This document shows positions 1 to 10,400 of a DNA stretch of 64,000 bases, piece after piece (position 1 is the stretch's first letter; each line of letters begins with the position of its first letter). The stretch spans positions 1,190-65,189 of the forward strand of contig JBIIAI010000001.1 of the NCBI GenBank assembly GCA_044239965.1, read 5' to 3'. A model generated the notes under the pieces. It was not told the DNA's origin, searched no databases, and worked only from the letters and a program-made list of their open reading frames with translations. The translations under genes were made by a program, and so were the position numbers. This stretch comes from Akkermansiaceae bacterium (lineage in GTDB: Bacteria; Verrucomicrobiota; Verrucomicrobiia; Verrucomicrobiales; Akkermansiaceae).

Positions 1-680
1 ATCAGTCCGAAACGCGATGCCGTGAGCCATTTGCAACCCGCGATCACACCGACTAACAGCAACGCTGTGGCGATGTAGAGAATCCGTTGCGTGCCTGGAT
101 CGCGAAGATTTGCGCCGAGCATCGAGCGGAAATCAGTGAAGCCATTGTTTCCTCCCATCAGCATGTCGTTGCGGAAAAACAACAAGGCGGCACCGTAGGT
201 GAGCGCTTGGGTGAGGATCGAAAAATACACGCCCTTGATGCGCGAACGAAACGCGAGATACCCGAAGATGAAAGCGATCAGGCCTGGTATGAGTAGCACC
301 ATTGCCGCGGCAAAGGGGAAGGAATAGAATGGCTCCCAGAACGATGGCAATTTTGTGTGGCCGAGGAAGACCATGAAGTCCGGAAGATCACTTTTGTATT
401 GGCCGAGCTTGCCAATCATCAGCATCAAATGCATGCCCATCATGTAGCCGCCAAGCGTGAAGAAAAGCGCTTGTCCGAGACATAACAATCCGGTGTAGCC
501 CCAAAGCAAATCGATGGAAATCGCGAGGATGCCGTAGCACAAATATTTCCCCCAAAGATTCAGCGTGAAGTTCTCGATCACGCCAAACGCATTGAGCGCA
601 GGCATGATGATTACGAGAAATATGGCAGTGGCGATGAGCAGCGAGACATTGATGCGGCTGCTGATGGGTGACGTAGTCAT
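1..680 (-). CDS. urtC: ABC transporter permease, UrtC-like (urea transport); C-terminal part lies outside the window
   Basis: Not in the ORF track because it runs off the window edge. Hand translation of the minus strand from ATG 678-680 gives [86 protein letters not shown]...[11 protein letters not shown]... with no stop down to base 3. It has LivM/UrtC-type multi-pass permease motifs. The start lies 4 nt after the urtB stop. Confidence 0.75.
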   Translation of the reverse strand, partial: MTTSPISSRINVSLLIATAIFLVIIMPALNAFGVIENFTLNLWGKYLCYGILAISIDLLWGYTGLLCLGQALFFTLGGYMMGMHLMLMIGKLGQYKSDLPDFMVFLGHTKLPSFWEPFYSFPFAAAMVLLIPGLIAFIFGYLAFRSRIKGVYFSILTQALTYGAALLFFRNDMLMGGNNGFTDFRSMLGANLRDPGTQRILYIATALLLVGVIAGCKWLTASRFGL

Positions 681-684
681 TGGT

Positions 685-2436
685 TTAGTCGAGGCTGCGT
701 GAGCGGGTTACAAAAAGTCCGGCGGGACGCCATTGCAGGAAGAGGATGATGGCTCCGAGAACGAGTATTTTTCCGATCACAGGATTGCCGAGATATTGTT
801 GCAGCGTCTGATCGGCGATGCCGATGCCGAGTGCGCTGATGACTGTGCCGAGAATGTTGCCGACACCACCGACGACCACCGTCATGAAGGCATCGACGAT
901 GTAGTTTTGCCCGAGCGAAGGCCCGACGTTGCCAATCTGCGAGAGAAAAGCGCCGGCGAGTCCTGCAAGTCCGCAGCCAAAAGCAAAAGTCATCATGTTG
1001 ACGCGCTCGGTGCGAATGCCCATGCACGCGGCCATGTTGCGATTTTGCATCACCGCACGAATCAACAACCCGAGCTGTGTTTTGTTGATCACCAGCCAAG
1101 TCACGACGATGATCAACACCGCAAAACCGATCACGAAAACGCGGTTCCAACCGAAAATCACATCGTTAAAGGTCCAGTTGCCGGAGAGCCAATCGGGGCT
1201 CGATACCTGCACATTGTTCGCTCCAAAAATCAGGCGGAAAAGTTGCTGCATCACCAGCGAAATGCCCCATGTGGCAAGCAGAGATTCAAGAGGTCGGCGA
1301 TAGAGGAAACGAATGATTGAGCGCTCTAACAAAAGTCCCACCAAAGCGGCCGCGAGAAAGGACGCAGGCAGTGCAATGATGAAATACAGATTGCTGCCCG
1401 AGGCAAGATTCATTCCTGGGATCGAGATGGACATACCAAAGGGCGAAAGTTGCAGCCCAGCGGCGAAAATGTTTTGAATCATGTATGTGGTATAAGCACC
1501 CACAGCAATCAGTTCGCCGTGAGCCATGTTGATGATGCCCATCAACCCAAAGGTGATGGCAAGTCCGATGGCAACAACGAGCAGCACCGATCCAAGAGAT
1601 AGCCCGCGAAAGGCGGTGCCCACGGCATTGATCGAGGAAATATGGCTGTCGATCGCAACGATGGCCTTTTGCGCCGCGTCAACGAGTTCGGCATCTTTGC
1701 TTTTTTCGGCCTCGGCTTTCAGTGATTTGATGATGTCATGTGAAGCCAGAGACTTGATGCTTGCCAGCGTATTGCAAGCGGCAATGCGCTCTTGGCGGTC
1801 GGGGGATTTCAGTTGAATGATCGCGATCGATTCCTTCAAGGCTCGCACCGCTTTGGGATGCGTTTCGCTTTGCTGCAGAGCAAGCAAAGCCGGAAGTTTT
1901 TGTTGATTTTGCCCGATCGAGGAATCCTGGATGGCGCGTAGCCGTTTTGCGAGATCGGGATTAGCCAAGGCCGCGAGATCAGAAACTTCTTTCATCGCGC
2001 GGCGCAATCCCGAGGTGGTGTCAGCGAAATCGGTGGTTTTGGGATTGATGCGAACGGCTGCGCCTGAGGCATCGAGAAGCGGTGTGCCATCGGCGACTTG
2101 CAATGTGGCGAGCGTGCCATCCGCCCCGGCCTCTCCAGTTAGGGTAACTGCTGTGAGCTTCCCGTCGGGAGCTTCATAGAGATAAATCGCACCTTCCTTC
2201 CATTGATTCAGCCACGATACGACCTCGGGTGATGGTTTGGTTTTGAGGCTAAGGATGATTTCCTGTTGCTCTGCGGGAGTGGGTGCTTCAATCGCCGAGG
2301 CTATGATTTTGCGAAGCTCGGAACTGCCAGTGCCAGATTCATCAGCACGAGTGAAAAACGCAGAGGCGAGCAAAAGGCTCAGGCTCAGTCCTCGCTTCGC
2401 GTGTTGAATCAGCAAATTGGCTCGAAGGAATGGCAT
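685..2436 (-). CDS. urtB: ABC transporter permease, UrtB-like, with a roughly 280-aa N-terminal signal-peptide-bearing extension
   Basis: 583-aa ORF. The C-terminal half carries the LivH/UrtB signature ([27 protein letters not shown], multiple TM segments). The N-terminus has a hydrophobic leader followed by a helical, HEAT-like soluble region. It is tightly coupled to urtC. Confidence 0.75.
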   Translation of the reverse strand: MPFLRANLLIQHAKRGLSLSLLLASAFFTRADESGTGSSELRKIIASAIEAPTPAEQQEIILSLKTKPSPEVVSWLNQWKEGAIYLYEAPDGKLTAVTLTGEAGADGTLATLQVADGTPLLDASGAAVRINPKTTDFADTTSGLRRAMKEVSDLAALANPDLAKRLRAIQDSSIGQNQQKLPALLALQQSETHPKAVRALKESIAIIQLKSPDRQERIAACNTLASIKSLASHDIIKSLKAEAEKSKDAELVDAAQKAIVAIDSHISSINAVGTAFRGLSLGSVLLVVAIGLAITFGLMGIINMAHGELIAVGAYTTYMIQNIFAAGLQLSPFGMSISIPGMNLASGSNLYFIIALPASFLAAALVGLLLERSIIRFLYRRPLESLLATWGISLVMQQLFRLIFGANNVQVSSPDWLSGNWTFNDVIFGWNRVFVIGFAVLIIVVTWLVINKTQLGLLIRAVMQNRNMAACMGIRTERVNMMTFAFGCGLAGLAGAFLSQIGNVGPSLGQNYIVDAFMTVVVGGVGNILGTVISALGIGIADQTLQQYLGNPVIGKILVLGAIILFLQWRPAGLFVTRSRSLD

Positions 2437-2611
2437 AATGGATTTCGTCTAAGCATTTGCCGTGCCATGCAAAATGATAAATCGAGGCGGACTATCGATG
2501 CATTATAATCAGGCGATGATTTGAGATCATAAAAATCAATAAACCCGAGGTAAAAGTTTCCGTGGATTTCTCTTGTCAAACTGCTAGGAAATTGCTTTGG
2601 TTTGCTTAGTT

Positions 2612-3520
2612 ATGAAGTTTCTAATGCTCCCCGCGATTGGCCTGGTCTTACTAACGAGTCTGTCGTCTTGCAAAAAAGATCAAACCGCGCTTGAGATTGA
2701 AATCTTGCGCGATCAAGCTCGCAGCGTGGAGTTGAGCCAAAAAGTGCGCCTTCTGGAAATGCGTTGGGAGCGTCTTGGCCCCAGCCACGAGCTAGCGGAA
2801 CTCGCATCTGCTAATGTGGAGAAATCCACCCAATTGTTGACGGATATGCGTCTGGAGCGCGAGCAGCTTACCGTGGACATCGCCAAGATCGAAAAAGACC
2901 TCGCGCTTGCGGAGCAAAAGCACAAAAACCATCTGCGCATGACATCGATCGGCAAGGAGTATCCAAAATTTGCAGCCAAGCACCGCGTATACGAAGACGT
3001 GACGGTGGTGGAAGTTGATCACATGGGAATTCAGATCCGCCACAAGGATGGGTTGTCTCGGGTTACCGCAAGCAAATTGACCTTGGATCAAATGATGGAC
3101 TTTGGGATTGATCCAGAAATTGCTCACAAAGCACAGCTTGATGAAGCCAAGCAAATCGCTGCTTACAACAAAATGGTCGACACAGAGCTGGCCAAACGCA
3201 AGGCGCAGGAGCGCATCGCTGCGGCGTATGCGCCCTCGGTTCCTGCTCCCGTGGTTGCATCTACCTCGCGCAGCACGCGCCCTTCCAATTTCGGTAAAAT
3301 GTCATCGAGCTATTCCAGTTACGGAACGAGCAGCCGCACGCGCCGCTACCGCAGTTCTTATTACTCTGGCCCGACGATTTACTACTACAATGCTGGAAAC
3401 AGCGGCTCCAGCAGCAATTACTCCAGCAACAGTTCGACTTTTTATCAACGTGTCACTCCGAAGAGCATTTTTCCGCAACGTGTCACGCCTCAGACAAGCT
3501 CGCCTACGGTCTGCCCCTAA
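2612..3520 (+). CDS. lipoprotein with coiled coil, a conserved H-x-DG beta-rich domain and a Ser/Tyr-rich low-complexity tail
   Basis: The ORF at 2597 starts on TTG. The internal ATG at 2612 gives MKFLMLPAIGLVLLTSLSSC, a signal peptide plus lipobox-like LSSC. Heptad-like charged sequence follows, then the motif SIGKEYPKF..YEDVTVVEVDHMGIQIRHKDGLSRV (nt 2945-3106), then an S/Y/G/R-rich tail. Confidence 0.7.
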   Translation: MKFLMLPAIGLVLLTSLSSCKKDQTALEIEILRDQARSVELSQKVRLLEMRWERLGPSHELAELASANVEKSTQLLTDMRLEREQLTVDIAKIEKDLALAEQKHKNHLRMTSIGKEYPKFAAKHRVYEDVTVVEVDHMGIQIRHKDGLSRVTASKLTLDQMMDFGIDPEIAHKAQLDEAKQIAAYNKMVDTELAKRKAQERIAAAYAPSVPAPVVASTSRSTRPSNFGKMSSSYSSYGTSSRTRRYRSSYYSGPTIYYYNAGNSGSSSNYSSNSSTFYQRVTPKSIFPQRVTPQTSSPTVCP

Positions 3521-3571
3521 GCCTACCAATTTCAGATTTTTTGCTGATCACTTTTTTCTCTATTTACCAAC

Positions 3572-3898
3572 ATGAAATACCGTTCGATTACCCTACTCAT
3601 GGTGCTGTGTGCCTTCTCTCTCAACTCCTGTAAAGATGATCCCGCTCTGGTCAAGCAGCGCGAGGAGCAGAAAGCAGAGATCGCTCGCCTCGAGGGGGAA
3701 ATGAACATTCTAAGCGAGAAAATCGATGCATTGCCGGCGGATCGCAGCGATGAGCTGGCCGATACCAAGAAAAAAGTAGAGCTCCAGAACGAAGAAATGG
3801 CCAAGCTGGAAAAGGATATCACCACACTTCAGGCGAAAAAGCGTGGTCTCGAAGATGAATTTGCGCAATATCAGCGGAAATATCCGGTAAATCGCTAA
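3572..3898 (+). CDS. small lipoprotein, coiled coil only
   Basis: 108 aa. MKYRSITLLMVLCAFSLNSC gives a signal peptide and lipobox-like Cys. The rest is charged and heptad-like (EEQKAEIARLEGEMNILSEKI...). It lies 51 nt after the preceding gene on the same strand. Confidence 0.6.
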   Translation: MKYRSITLLMVLCAFSLNSCKDDPALVKQREEQKAEIARLEGEMNILSEKIDALPADRSDELADTKKKVELQNEEMAKLEKDITTLQAKKRGLEDEFAQYQRKYPVNR

Positions 3899-3959
3899 TC
3901 TCGAAGCGAATTTTTACTCTAACACTTTTACTACTTACTTTTTTACCTGATTTACGATT

Positions 3960-4976
3960 ATGGGAATGTTTGATGATATGTTTTCAAGTTCCCGTGGCCC
4001 GGGAGTGATTGGCACTGGCCTCGCACTGGTTGTGCTCGTGGGCTTTGGCTCACTCTACTTGCTGGTTTTTGATGAGGAAATGCAAGGTGGCGACAAGACC
4101 ATCGAGTCGATCATCCGCGATCAAGGCGGTCAGATCGAGAGTTATGAAAAGTCCATCATCATGCAAAAGGACACCATCGAGAAAAGCAAAGAGCGCGTGA
4201 AGCTCTCCGATGAAGTCGTAGGACTTGAGCGCCAAATTGCTCTGCGCCAGACGCGCATTGATGAAATGAAAGCCGAAATTTCCGAGGCCGAAACGAGCAT
4301 CGCAACGTTACAAAGTGAGTGGGAAAAATACAAAACATCGTACCGTGCTGCTGAGCGCGGGCGTGCCATCGGTGAGAAAATTCCGGAACTGACCACGAAG
4401 TCAGGTGCTACCTTCAAAGATGTAAAAATCAATAGAATCGATGACCTGCGCACCAACATCGGCCACGCCGATGGCAGCAAAGCCATCGCATGGGATGATA
4501 TGCCCGACGATCTCGCCGATCGATTTCAGTTTACGAAAGAGTTGGCGGCTGCGCTTTACAAAAAAGAGCATGAAGTGGTTGAAGGTCTAGGGGCCGCCGC
4601 GGACATGACAGAAATCCGCGGCAGCATTGATTACATCAACTCGAAAATCCGTGAATCCGAGAGTTTCTACAATAGCAAAGCGCAAGACAATAGCCAAGCG
4701 CAGGCCCGCATTCAGGGATTGGAAAACAAAATCCAAGGCCTGCAAAACGCCATCGCTGCTGAGGTCAACAAATCGGGCTTGCGGCAGACACCGCGATACC
4801 GCTCTCAGATCCAAGATTGTGAAGACGCCATCAATGCGGAACGTGCTAAAATACGAAGCTTTCCTGAGTATCAAACCCAGTATCGGGCGGAGCGTGCCAA
4901 GCGTGAGGCGGATGTGAAAGCCTTGCAACTGCGCTTGCGCACTTTGGAGATGGAAGCACAGAAAAAGCCGAAATAA
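3960..4976 (+). CDS. membrane-anchored coiled-coil protein with a central conserved H-x-DG domain
   Basis: 338 aa. N-terminal TM segment VIGTGLALVVLVGFGSLYLLVF. Long coiled-coil-like segments flank AIGEKIPELTTKSGATFKDVKINRIDDLRTNIGHADGSKAIAWDDMPDDLADRFQF (nt 4365-4532). Confidence 0.7.
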   Translation: MGMFDDMFSSSRGPGVIGTGLALVVLVGFGSLYLLVFDEEMQGGDKTIESIIRDQGGQIESYEKSIIMQKDTIEKSKERVKLSDEVVGLERQIALRQTRIDEMKAEISEAETSIATLQSEWEKYKTSYRAAERGRAIGEKIPELTTKSGATFKDVKINRIDDLRTNIGHADGSKAIAWDDMPDDLADRFQFTKELAAALYKKEHEVVEGLGAAADMTEIRGSIDYINSKIRESESFYNSKAQDNSQAQARIQGLENKIQGLQNAIAAEVNKSGLRQTPRYRSQIQDCEDAINAERAKIRSFPEYQTQYRAERAKREADVKALQLRLRTLEMEAQKKPK

Positions 4977-5002
4977 TCGATCGGACTCAATGAGAAAATT
5001 GC

Positions 5003-5575
5003 ATGCTCGGAAGTGATAATGAAGCTGGAGTTTTTGGCATCCTGTTTGGGATCGTCATGCTTGTGCTTTTCACTGTCGCCATGGGCGTGATGGCGGACAA
5101 ACGGATGGGATTTTCCTCCCGCAAGACGGATTTGATCCAAGATATCGCCTACCAAGCCGAGCAGATTGCTGATCTGGAAGATCGCAAGGAATTGCTGGAG
5201 CAGCGCTATACTGATCAACGCAAGCAAGTGGAATCGTTTGACTCTACACAAGCTCGTTTGCTCAAGGAGGCCCAACTCAATCAGGAAATCATCGCAGAAA
5301 AGCGCGCGGTGATTCCCGGTTTGATGGCGAGCATTTCGAAGGTGGAGTCGGAGATTTCGCAATACCGCAAAAAATATCAGCTTACTGTCTGGAACCAAGC
5401 CATCGGCGAGGAAATGCCGCGTCTCGAAACCATTGGCGGCAAGAAATATGATGATGTGGTGATCAAAAAAGTCACAGCTTACCACCTTGAAATCACGCAC
5501 AAAGATGGCATCAGCCGCATCCCGCGCTCGCAACTCGGCCCATCTTGGCGTGAGCGCTTCCAGTGGCCTAAGTGA
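5003..5575 (+). CDS. membrane-anchored coiled-coil protein with a C-terminal conserved H-x-DG domain
   Basis: 190 aa. TM segment VFGILFGIVMLVLFTVAMGVMA, then coiled coil, then AIGEEMPRLETIGGKKYDDVVIKKVTAYHLEITHKDGISRIPRSQLGPSWRERFQW (nt 5399-5566). Confidence 0.7.
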   Translation: MLGSDNEAGVFGILFGIVMLVLFTVAMGVMADKRMGFSSRKTDLIQDIAYQAEQIADLEDRKELLEQRYTDQRKQVESFDSTQARLLKEAQLNQEIIAEKRAVIPGLMASISKVESEISQYRKKYQLTVWNQAIGEEMPRLETIGGKKYDDVVIKKVTAYHLEITHKDGISRIPRSQLGPSWRERFQWPK

Positions 5576-5730
5576 TTTTTTCGTCGAGAGGACTGATCTT
5601 TTAGCCTAGTGACCAGAACTTTTTCAGTGCCATGATCACGGAAAAGCTATGCTGTAGAATGCTTCCGTTAGTATGATATGTCTCTCGGTAATGCTTGCGC
5701 AAAAACACAAGTGTTGTGCGCAAAATCTCA

Positions 5731-5759
5731 TTGACATCGGGTTCCCGGCTTGGTAGGTT
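5731..5759 (+). promoter_or_regulatory. putative sigma70-like promoter upstream of the first halogenase-like gene
   Basis: TTGACA (5731-5736), an exact 17-nt spacer, then TAGGTT (5754-5759), 64 nt upstream of ATG 5823. It is immediately preceded by an imperfect palindrome at 5695-5723. The promoter consensus for this phylum is not known to me, so this is weak. Confidence 0.3.
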
Positions 5760-5822
5760 AGCCGAGTAATGAATGCTATACCTAAGCATTCATGCAAGTA
5801 ACGTTTTACCAACCCAAAACCC

Positions 5823-7334
5823 ATGATTCAGTCTATCCTTGTGTTAGGATCGGGCAGTGCTGGCTTAATCGCGGCATTAACGATCAAGAGAAAGATCCCG
5901 CAGGTGCGTGTCACGATTGTGCGCAGTCCTGAGATTGGGATCATTGGTGTGGGCGAGGGCACGACACCGAATTTCCCGCGTCATTTGTTTGACTATTTGG
6001 GCATCAGTCGCAAGGAGTTTTACGCGATTGCCAAACCCACATGGAAGTTGGGCATTCGCTTTCTCTGGGGCGAGCGCAAGGAATTTTACTATGGGTTTTC
6101 CCAGCAGTTAGATGCACAATGGAGCGCTCTGCCAAAGCCTAACGGCTACTACTGCGACGATGATTTCTCTGCGGTGGATGTTCCTGTGGCAATGATGGAG
6201 CAAGGCAAAGTATTTGCTCGCCAAGCGAATGGCGCTCCCGATGTGCAACCATGGCATGCTTTTCACATTGAGAATGTGAATTTGGTGGAATGCTTGGAGC
6301 GCTACGCTCGAGCGATTGGCGTGGAAATCATCGATGGCAAAGTCGTCGGGGCAGAGCGCGGGCCAAAGGGGATTTCGGCAGTTTTCACGGAAGATGGCAG
6401 AAAGTTTGAAGCGGATTTTTATGTCGATTCCAGCGGCTTTCACAGCGAGTTGTTAGGCAAAACATTGGAAGAGCCATTTGTGAGCTTTGATAAATCATTG
6501 TTCTGTGATCGTGCGGTAGTCGGTGGCTGGGAGCGCGGGGCAGACGAACCAATTTTGCCCTACACGACGGCGGAAACCATGGATTCAGGCTGGGCTTGGC
6601 AGATCGAGCACGAGCATCATGTCAACCGTGGCTATGTGTATTCGTCTCATTTCATCTCGGATGATCAAGCGGCTGAGGAATTTACCCGCAAAAACCCGAA
6701 AGCGCCGAAGTCACCGCGGGTGGTAAAATTCCGCTCGGGTTGCTACAAGCGCATGTGGGTGGACAATGTCGTGGCCATTGGCAATGCCGGTGGATTTGTG
6801 GAGCCGCTCGAAGCCACGGCCTTGATGATTGTCTGCTCGGAGTCACAGACCTTGGTGGAATTTTTGCTGCATTCGAACTTAAAGCCAACGGAAACGTTCC
6901 GCAACTTGTTTAACAAAGCGCTATGGAATACATGGGAGGAGATCCGCAATTTCCTCGCGCTGCACTACTATGCGAATACGCGCATGGATACGCCGTATTG
7001 GAAAGCTTGTCGTGAGGAAACTGATATCTCTGGATTGCAGGAACTGCTCGCATTTTATCGCGAAAATGGTCCGACGGGATTCGGTCGTCACACCTTGCCG
7101 CATACGGGAACGGACTTTGGCATGGAAGGCTATCTTGTCATGATGGTCGGCAACAAAGTGCCCTACCAAAACCGTAGCACTCCAACCGAGGCAGAGTGGA
7201 ACATTTGGCGCAGCGCGCAGGCTCAAAATCGCGCCATTGCCTCACAGGCGATGACTGTCAAAGAAGCCCTCTATTTTGTCCACCATCCTGGATGGCAATG
7301 GAATTCCGATGCGCAGCCTCTCATCCCTCAATGA
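5823..7334 (+). CDS. flavin-dependent tryptophan-halogenase-family protein (paralog 1)
   Basis: 503 aa. N-terminal GSGSAGLIAA (GxGxxG) lies directly at the start, with no signal peptide. It also shows GVGEGTTPNF, TWKLGIRF (Lys codon at 6045-6047), GWAWQIEHEH at the WxWxIP position (6591-6608) and GNAGGFVEPLEATAL. Confidence 0.85.
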   Translation: MIQSILVLGSGSAGLIAALTIKRKIPQVRVTIVRSPEIGIIGVGEGTTPNFPRHLFDYLGISRKEFYAIAKPTWKLGIRFLWGERKEFYYGFSQQLDAQWSALPKPNGYYCDDDFSAVDVPVAMMEQGKVFARQANGAPDVQPWHAFHIENVNLVECLERYARAIGVEIIDGKVVGAERGPKGISAVFTEDGRKFEADFYVDSSGFHSELLGKTLEEPFVSFDKSLFCDRAVVGGWERGADEPILPYTTAETMDSGWAWQIEHEHHVNRGYVYSSHFISDDQAAEEFTRKNPKAPKSPRVVKFRSGCYKRMWVDNVVAIGNAGGFVEPLEATALMIVCSESQTLVEFLLHSNLKPTETFRNLFNKALWNTWEEIRNFLALHYYANTRMDTPYWKACREETDISGLQELLAFYRENGPTGFGRHTLPHTGTDFGMEGYLVMMVGNKVPYQNRSTPTEAEWNIWRSAQAQNRAIASQAMTVKEALYFVHHPGWQWNSDAQPLIPQ

Positions 7335-7412
7335 AATTTTTCGCAACCAAATCTCTCCCGTCAACATTAGATAACTGATACAAAACCCATAGAATAAAAC
7401 CCAAGTACAATC

Positions 7413-10400
7413 ATGAAACTCAAAAAATCTCTCATTTATTCGTTCGTGGCTTCGGCCGTGACTTTGCAATATTCCGCAACCGCCGTTGATATCGTGTGGA
7501 ACGGTTCGGTAAGCCAGGACATCAATGTTGGCGGCAACTGGAATGGTGGAATCGTGCCACCGGGAGCAGGCGCTCCTGCCGATGGTGATGCATTAGTCAA
7601 TGTCGCAACTGGGAACTTTCCTTCCGTGACTGCCGGCGAATCGTTCGCGAACCGCGACTGGAAAATCGGCATGGGACCTGGAAATGCGGGTCGTTTGGAT
7701 CAAAATGCGGGCACAATCTCTACGGCCAATGGTTCATGGATTTTCCTTGGCACTGATGGTGCAAATGGCACCTACAACCTTGCTGACAGTTCCGCTTCCG
7801 GCGGCACTCTGACGGGAATGGCGCAAGGCACTGGCAGTGCTACCTGCGGTGATATGTATGTGGGTGTGGGTGGATACCCTTGGGCAGCTAACACAAATCC
7901 AGCGAATCGTGGTGTCGGCACTCTCCGCCTCAATACGACGGGTAGCTTGGCGGCAACGGGCCTTGTAAACATTGCTCGCAATGGAGAAGGAACGATGCTG
8001 ATCGACTCAGGAACTTTTTCCTGCAACGAGTTATGGATTGGTCAAGGCGCTTCCGCAACAGGAATTACCTCCATCAGTGGCGGTGCGATTGTCACTAACA
8101 ACTGGACGATCATTGGTCGTGAGAGCGGCAATGGCACATTGAACATGACGGGGGGCTCCCTGACCAAAAACGGTGGTGGCCGTTTCGTCGTGGCAGATAA
8201 TGCAACGGGAGCGATGAACATGAGTGCCGGCACAGTCTCGGTGAATGATGAATTCTGGGTGGGTCAAGGTGGCTCTTCAAATGGGATCGTCACGCAGTCG
8301 GGTGGCACGATTTCGTGCAACAGCTGGATAGCCATCGGCCGCGACGGTGGCACAGGTGTCTATAACATGACGGGTGGCACCTTCAACAAAACGGGTGGTG
8401 GCTCCAATTTCATCGTAGGCGCAAGTGGACCTGGCACGATGACAATGTCTGGAAACAGCTTGCTCAATGTGTCTGGTGGCATCACTTGGATTGGAGAAAA
8501 CAATGCAGCTACATTCACCATGAGTGCGGGCAGCAACGCAGAAGTGCGCACGGCACAATTTGTTATGGGCACCTATGGTGGCGGCAATGCGAACGTTAAT
8601 CTCAGTGGTGGTACATTGAAAACAGGTTTGATCGATGGGGGTGATGGAACGGCCAATGTTACTTTCAATGGCACACAGGTAATTGCCACAGCCACGGCCC
8701 TGCCCTTCATTTCGGACCTCGATACGGCGGTGGTTGATGCGGGCGGCTTGAAGATCGATAGCGCTGGTTTCAACTTAGCATCAGCCCAAGCATTTTCTGG
8801 AACGGGCGGAGTCACCAAAACAGGTGCAGGCGTGTTGAGTTTAACCGGAGCAAGTTCCTATGCCGGCGACAATGTTCTTAGTGCTGGCACTTTGAATTTG
8901 ACCACTGCGTTCACTGGTGGTGGTGCTCTCTCTGTGAGTGGCAATACAACTCTTGGAGTGAAGGTTAATTCTCTCGATGAAGGCATCGTCCCCAGCGCAG
9001 TGACCTTATCTTCTGCTGATCCAAAGACCATCAACTTATCGTTGGCTACTGGCGGTAATCCATCAAGTTCGGGAGCTCCGATCCGCACGACGGGTGCTCT
9101 CGATGTGAGTGGGGTGACGACGATCAATGTTGCGGCGACAGGTCTGACAGTGGGACAATTTCCGCTCATTGCTTATGGCAGTAAGACAGGCAGTGGTTCG
9201 TTCCAACTCGGCACCTTGCCTCCGGGCGTAGTCGCAACGATTGTTGACACGGGCACTTCGATCGATCTCAACATCACCAGTGCCTCCAGCTATGAATGGG
9301 AGGGCACGGTTGCGGGCCAAGTATGGGATGTCAATACGACGGCCAACTGGTATAATGCTGTGACAGCCGCTACAGCTCAAGTGTATGTGGATGGAGGCTT
9401 GGTCACATTCAACAATACCGCGACAGGCTATGATCCCGTGCTGAATGTAGCTGTAGCCCCTTCGTCGACGGTATTCAATCATGATGCCATCAACTCGTAC
9501 TCTTTGACAGGCACTGGCTCGATTGGCGGAATCGGTAGCTTGAAAAAGCAAGGTGGTGGCACTCTGACCATGGGGTTGGTGAACACCTACACGGGAGCAA
9601 CCATCTTGGAAGGCGGCACCTTGACCGTCGATGCGCTTGCCAATGGCGGCATCGCCAGCGCGATCGGAGCTTCCTCGGCAAGTTCTAACAATCTGGTTTT
9701 TGCGGGTGGCACCTTGGACTATACTGGTCCTGCTACTTCGATCAATCGTGGCTACACCGTAGATGCTGCCACGGACCTGATTCTGAGCACCCTCAGCATT
9801 GACAATGATCTCACTCTTAGTGGTCAGGTCACAATGACTTCCGTAGGTCGTTTTCAAAAAACTGGCGCTGGCGTGCTCACCTTGACTTACCCCGGTGCAA
9901 ACGTGTTGGCAATGACTGGTGACAATGATGCTACCCCGGGCTATGTGATCTCGCAAGGTGGCCTAGTGCTTGCAGGTGCTGGTGCGCAAACGAATGCCAT
10001 CACTGGTCAGTTCCGTTTGGGGACCACTGCTAGTAACACCACAGCGCTGACCTTGGATAGCAGCACACTCACCGTGAACGGCCCGTCGATGGCGTCACTG
10101 GGCGATGATACGATTTCAACGATTACGATCGGTGGAACTGCTGTCTACCAATCCAATGGACGTTTTAACGTGGCTTATGGCGCGAATTCCGTAGCGAATG
10201 TGATCGTCGAAGGTAGCGGCATGCTCAACAAAGTCGCTGGCTGGTTGTCTGTGGGCAACAGTAGCAATGCTGCAGGCTTCATGACAGTTAAGGAAAATGG
10301 CGTGGTGAATAACTCCAATGGCGACTTCAACGTCAGCGATGTAGGAACCTCGTCAGGCACCCTAACGATTGAAGGTGCTGGAACCGTCAATAGCTCGGGT

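Noticed and set aside
685-2436. The roughly 280-aa N-terminal extension of UrtB as a novel fusion.
   Set aside because: As far as I recall, long N-terminally extended UrtB permeases of more than 500 aa are common in several phyla. Nothing in the sequence suggests more than a periplasmic accessory domain.
2504-2509. TATAAT hexamer in the urtB / lipoprotein divergent region, and a TTAGAT-17-TAGAAT element at 7367-7395 upstream of the 1446-aa gene, considered as promoters.
   Set aside because: The first has no acceptable -35 partner. The second would give an 11-nt leader, and its -35 matches only 3 of 6 positions. This is too weak to list as features without transcript data.
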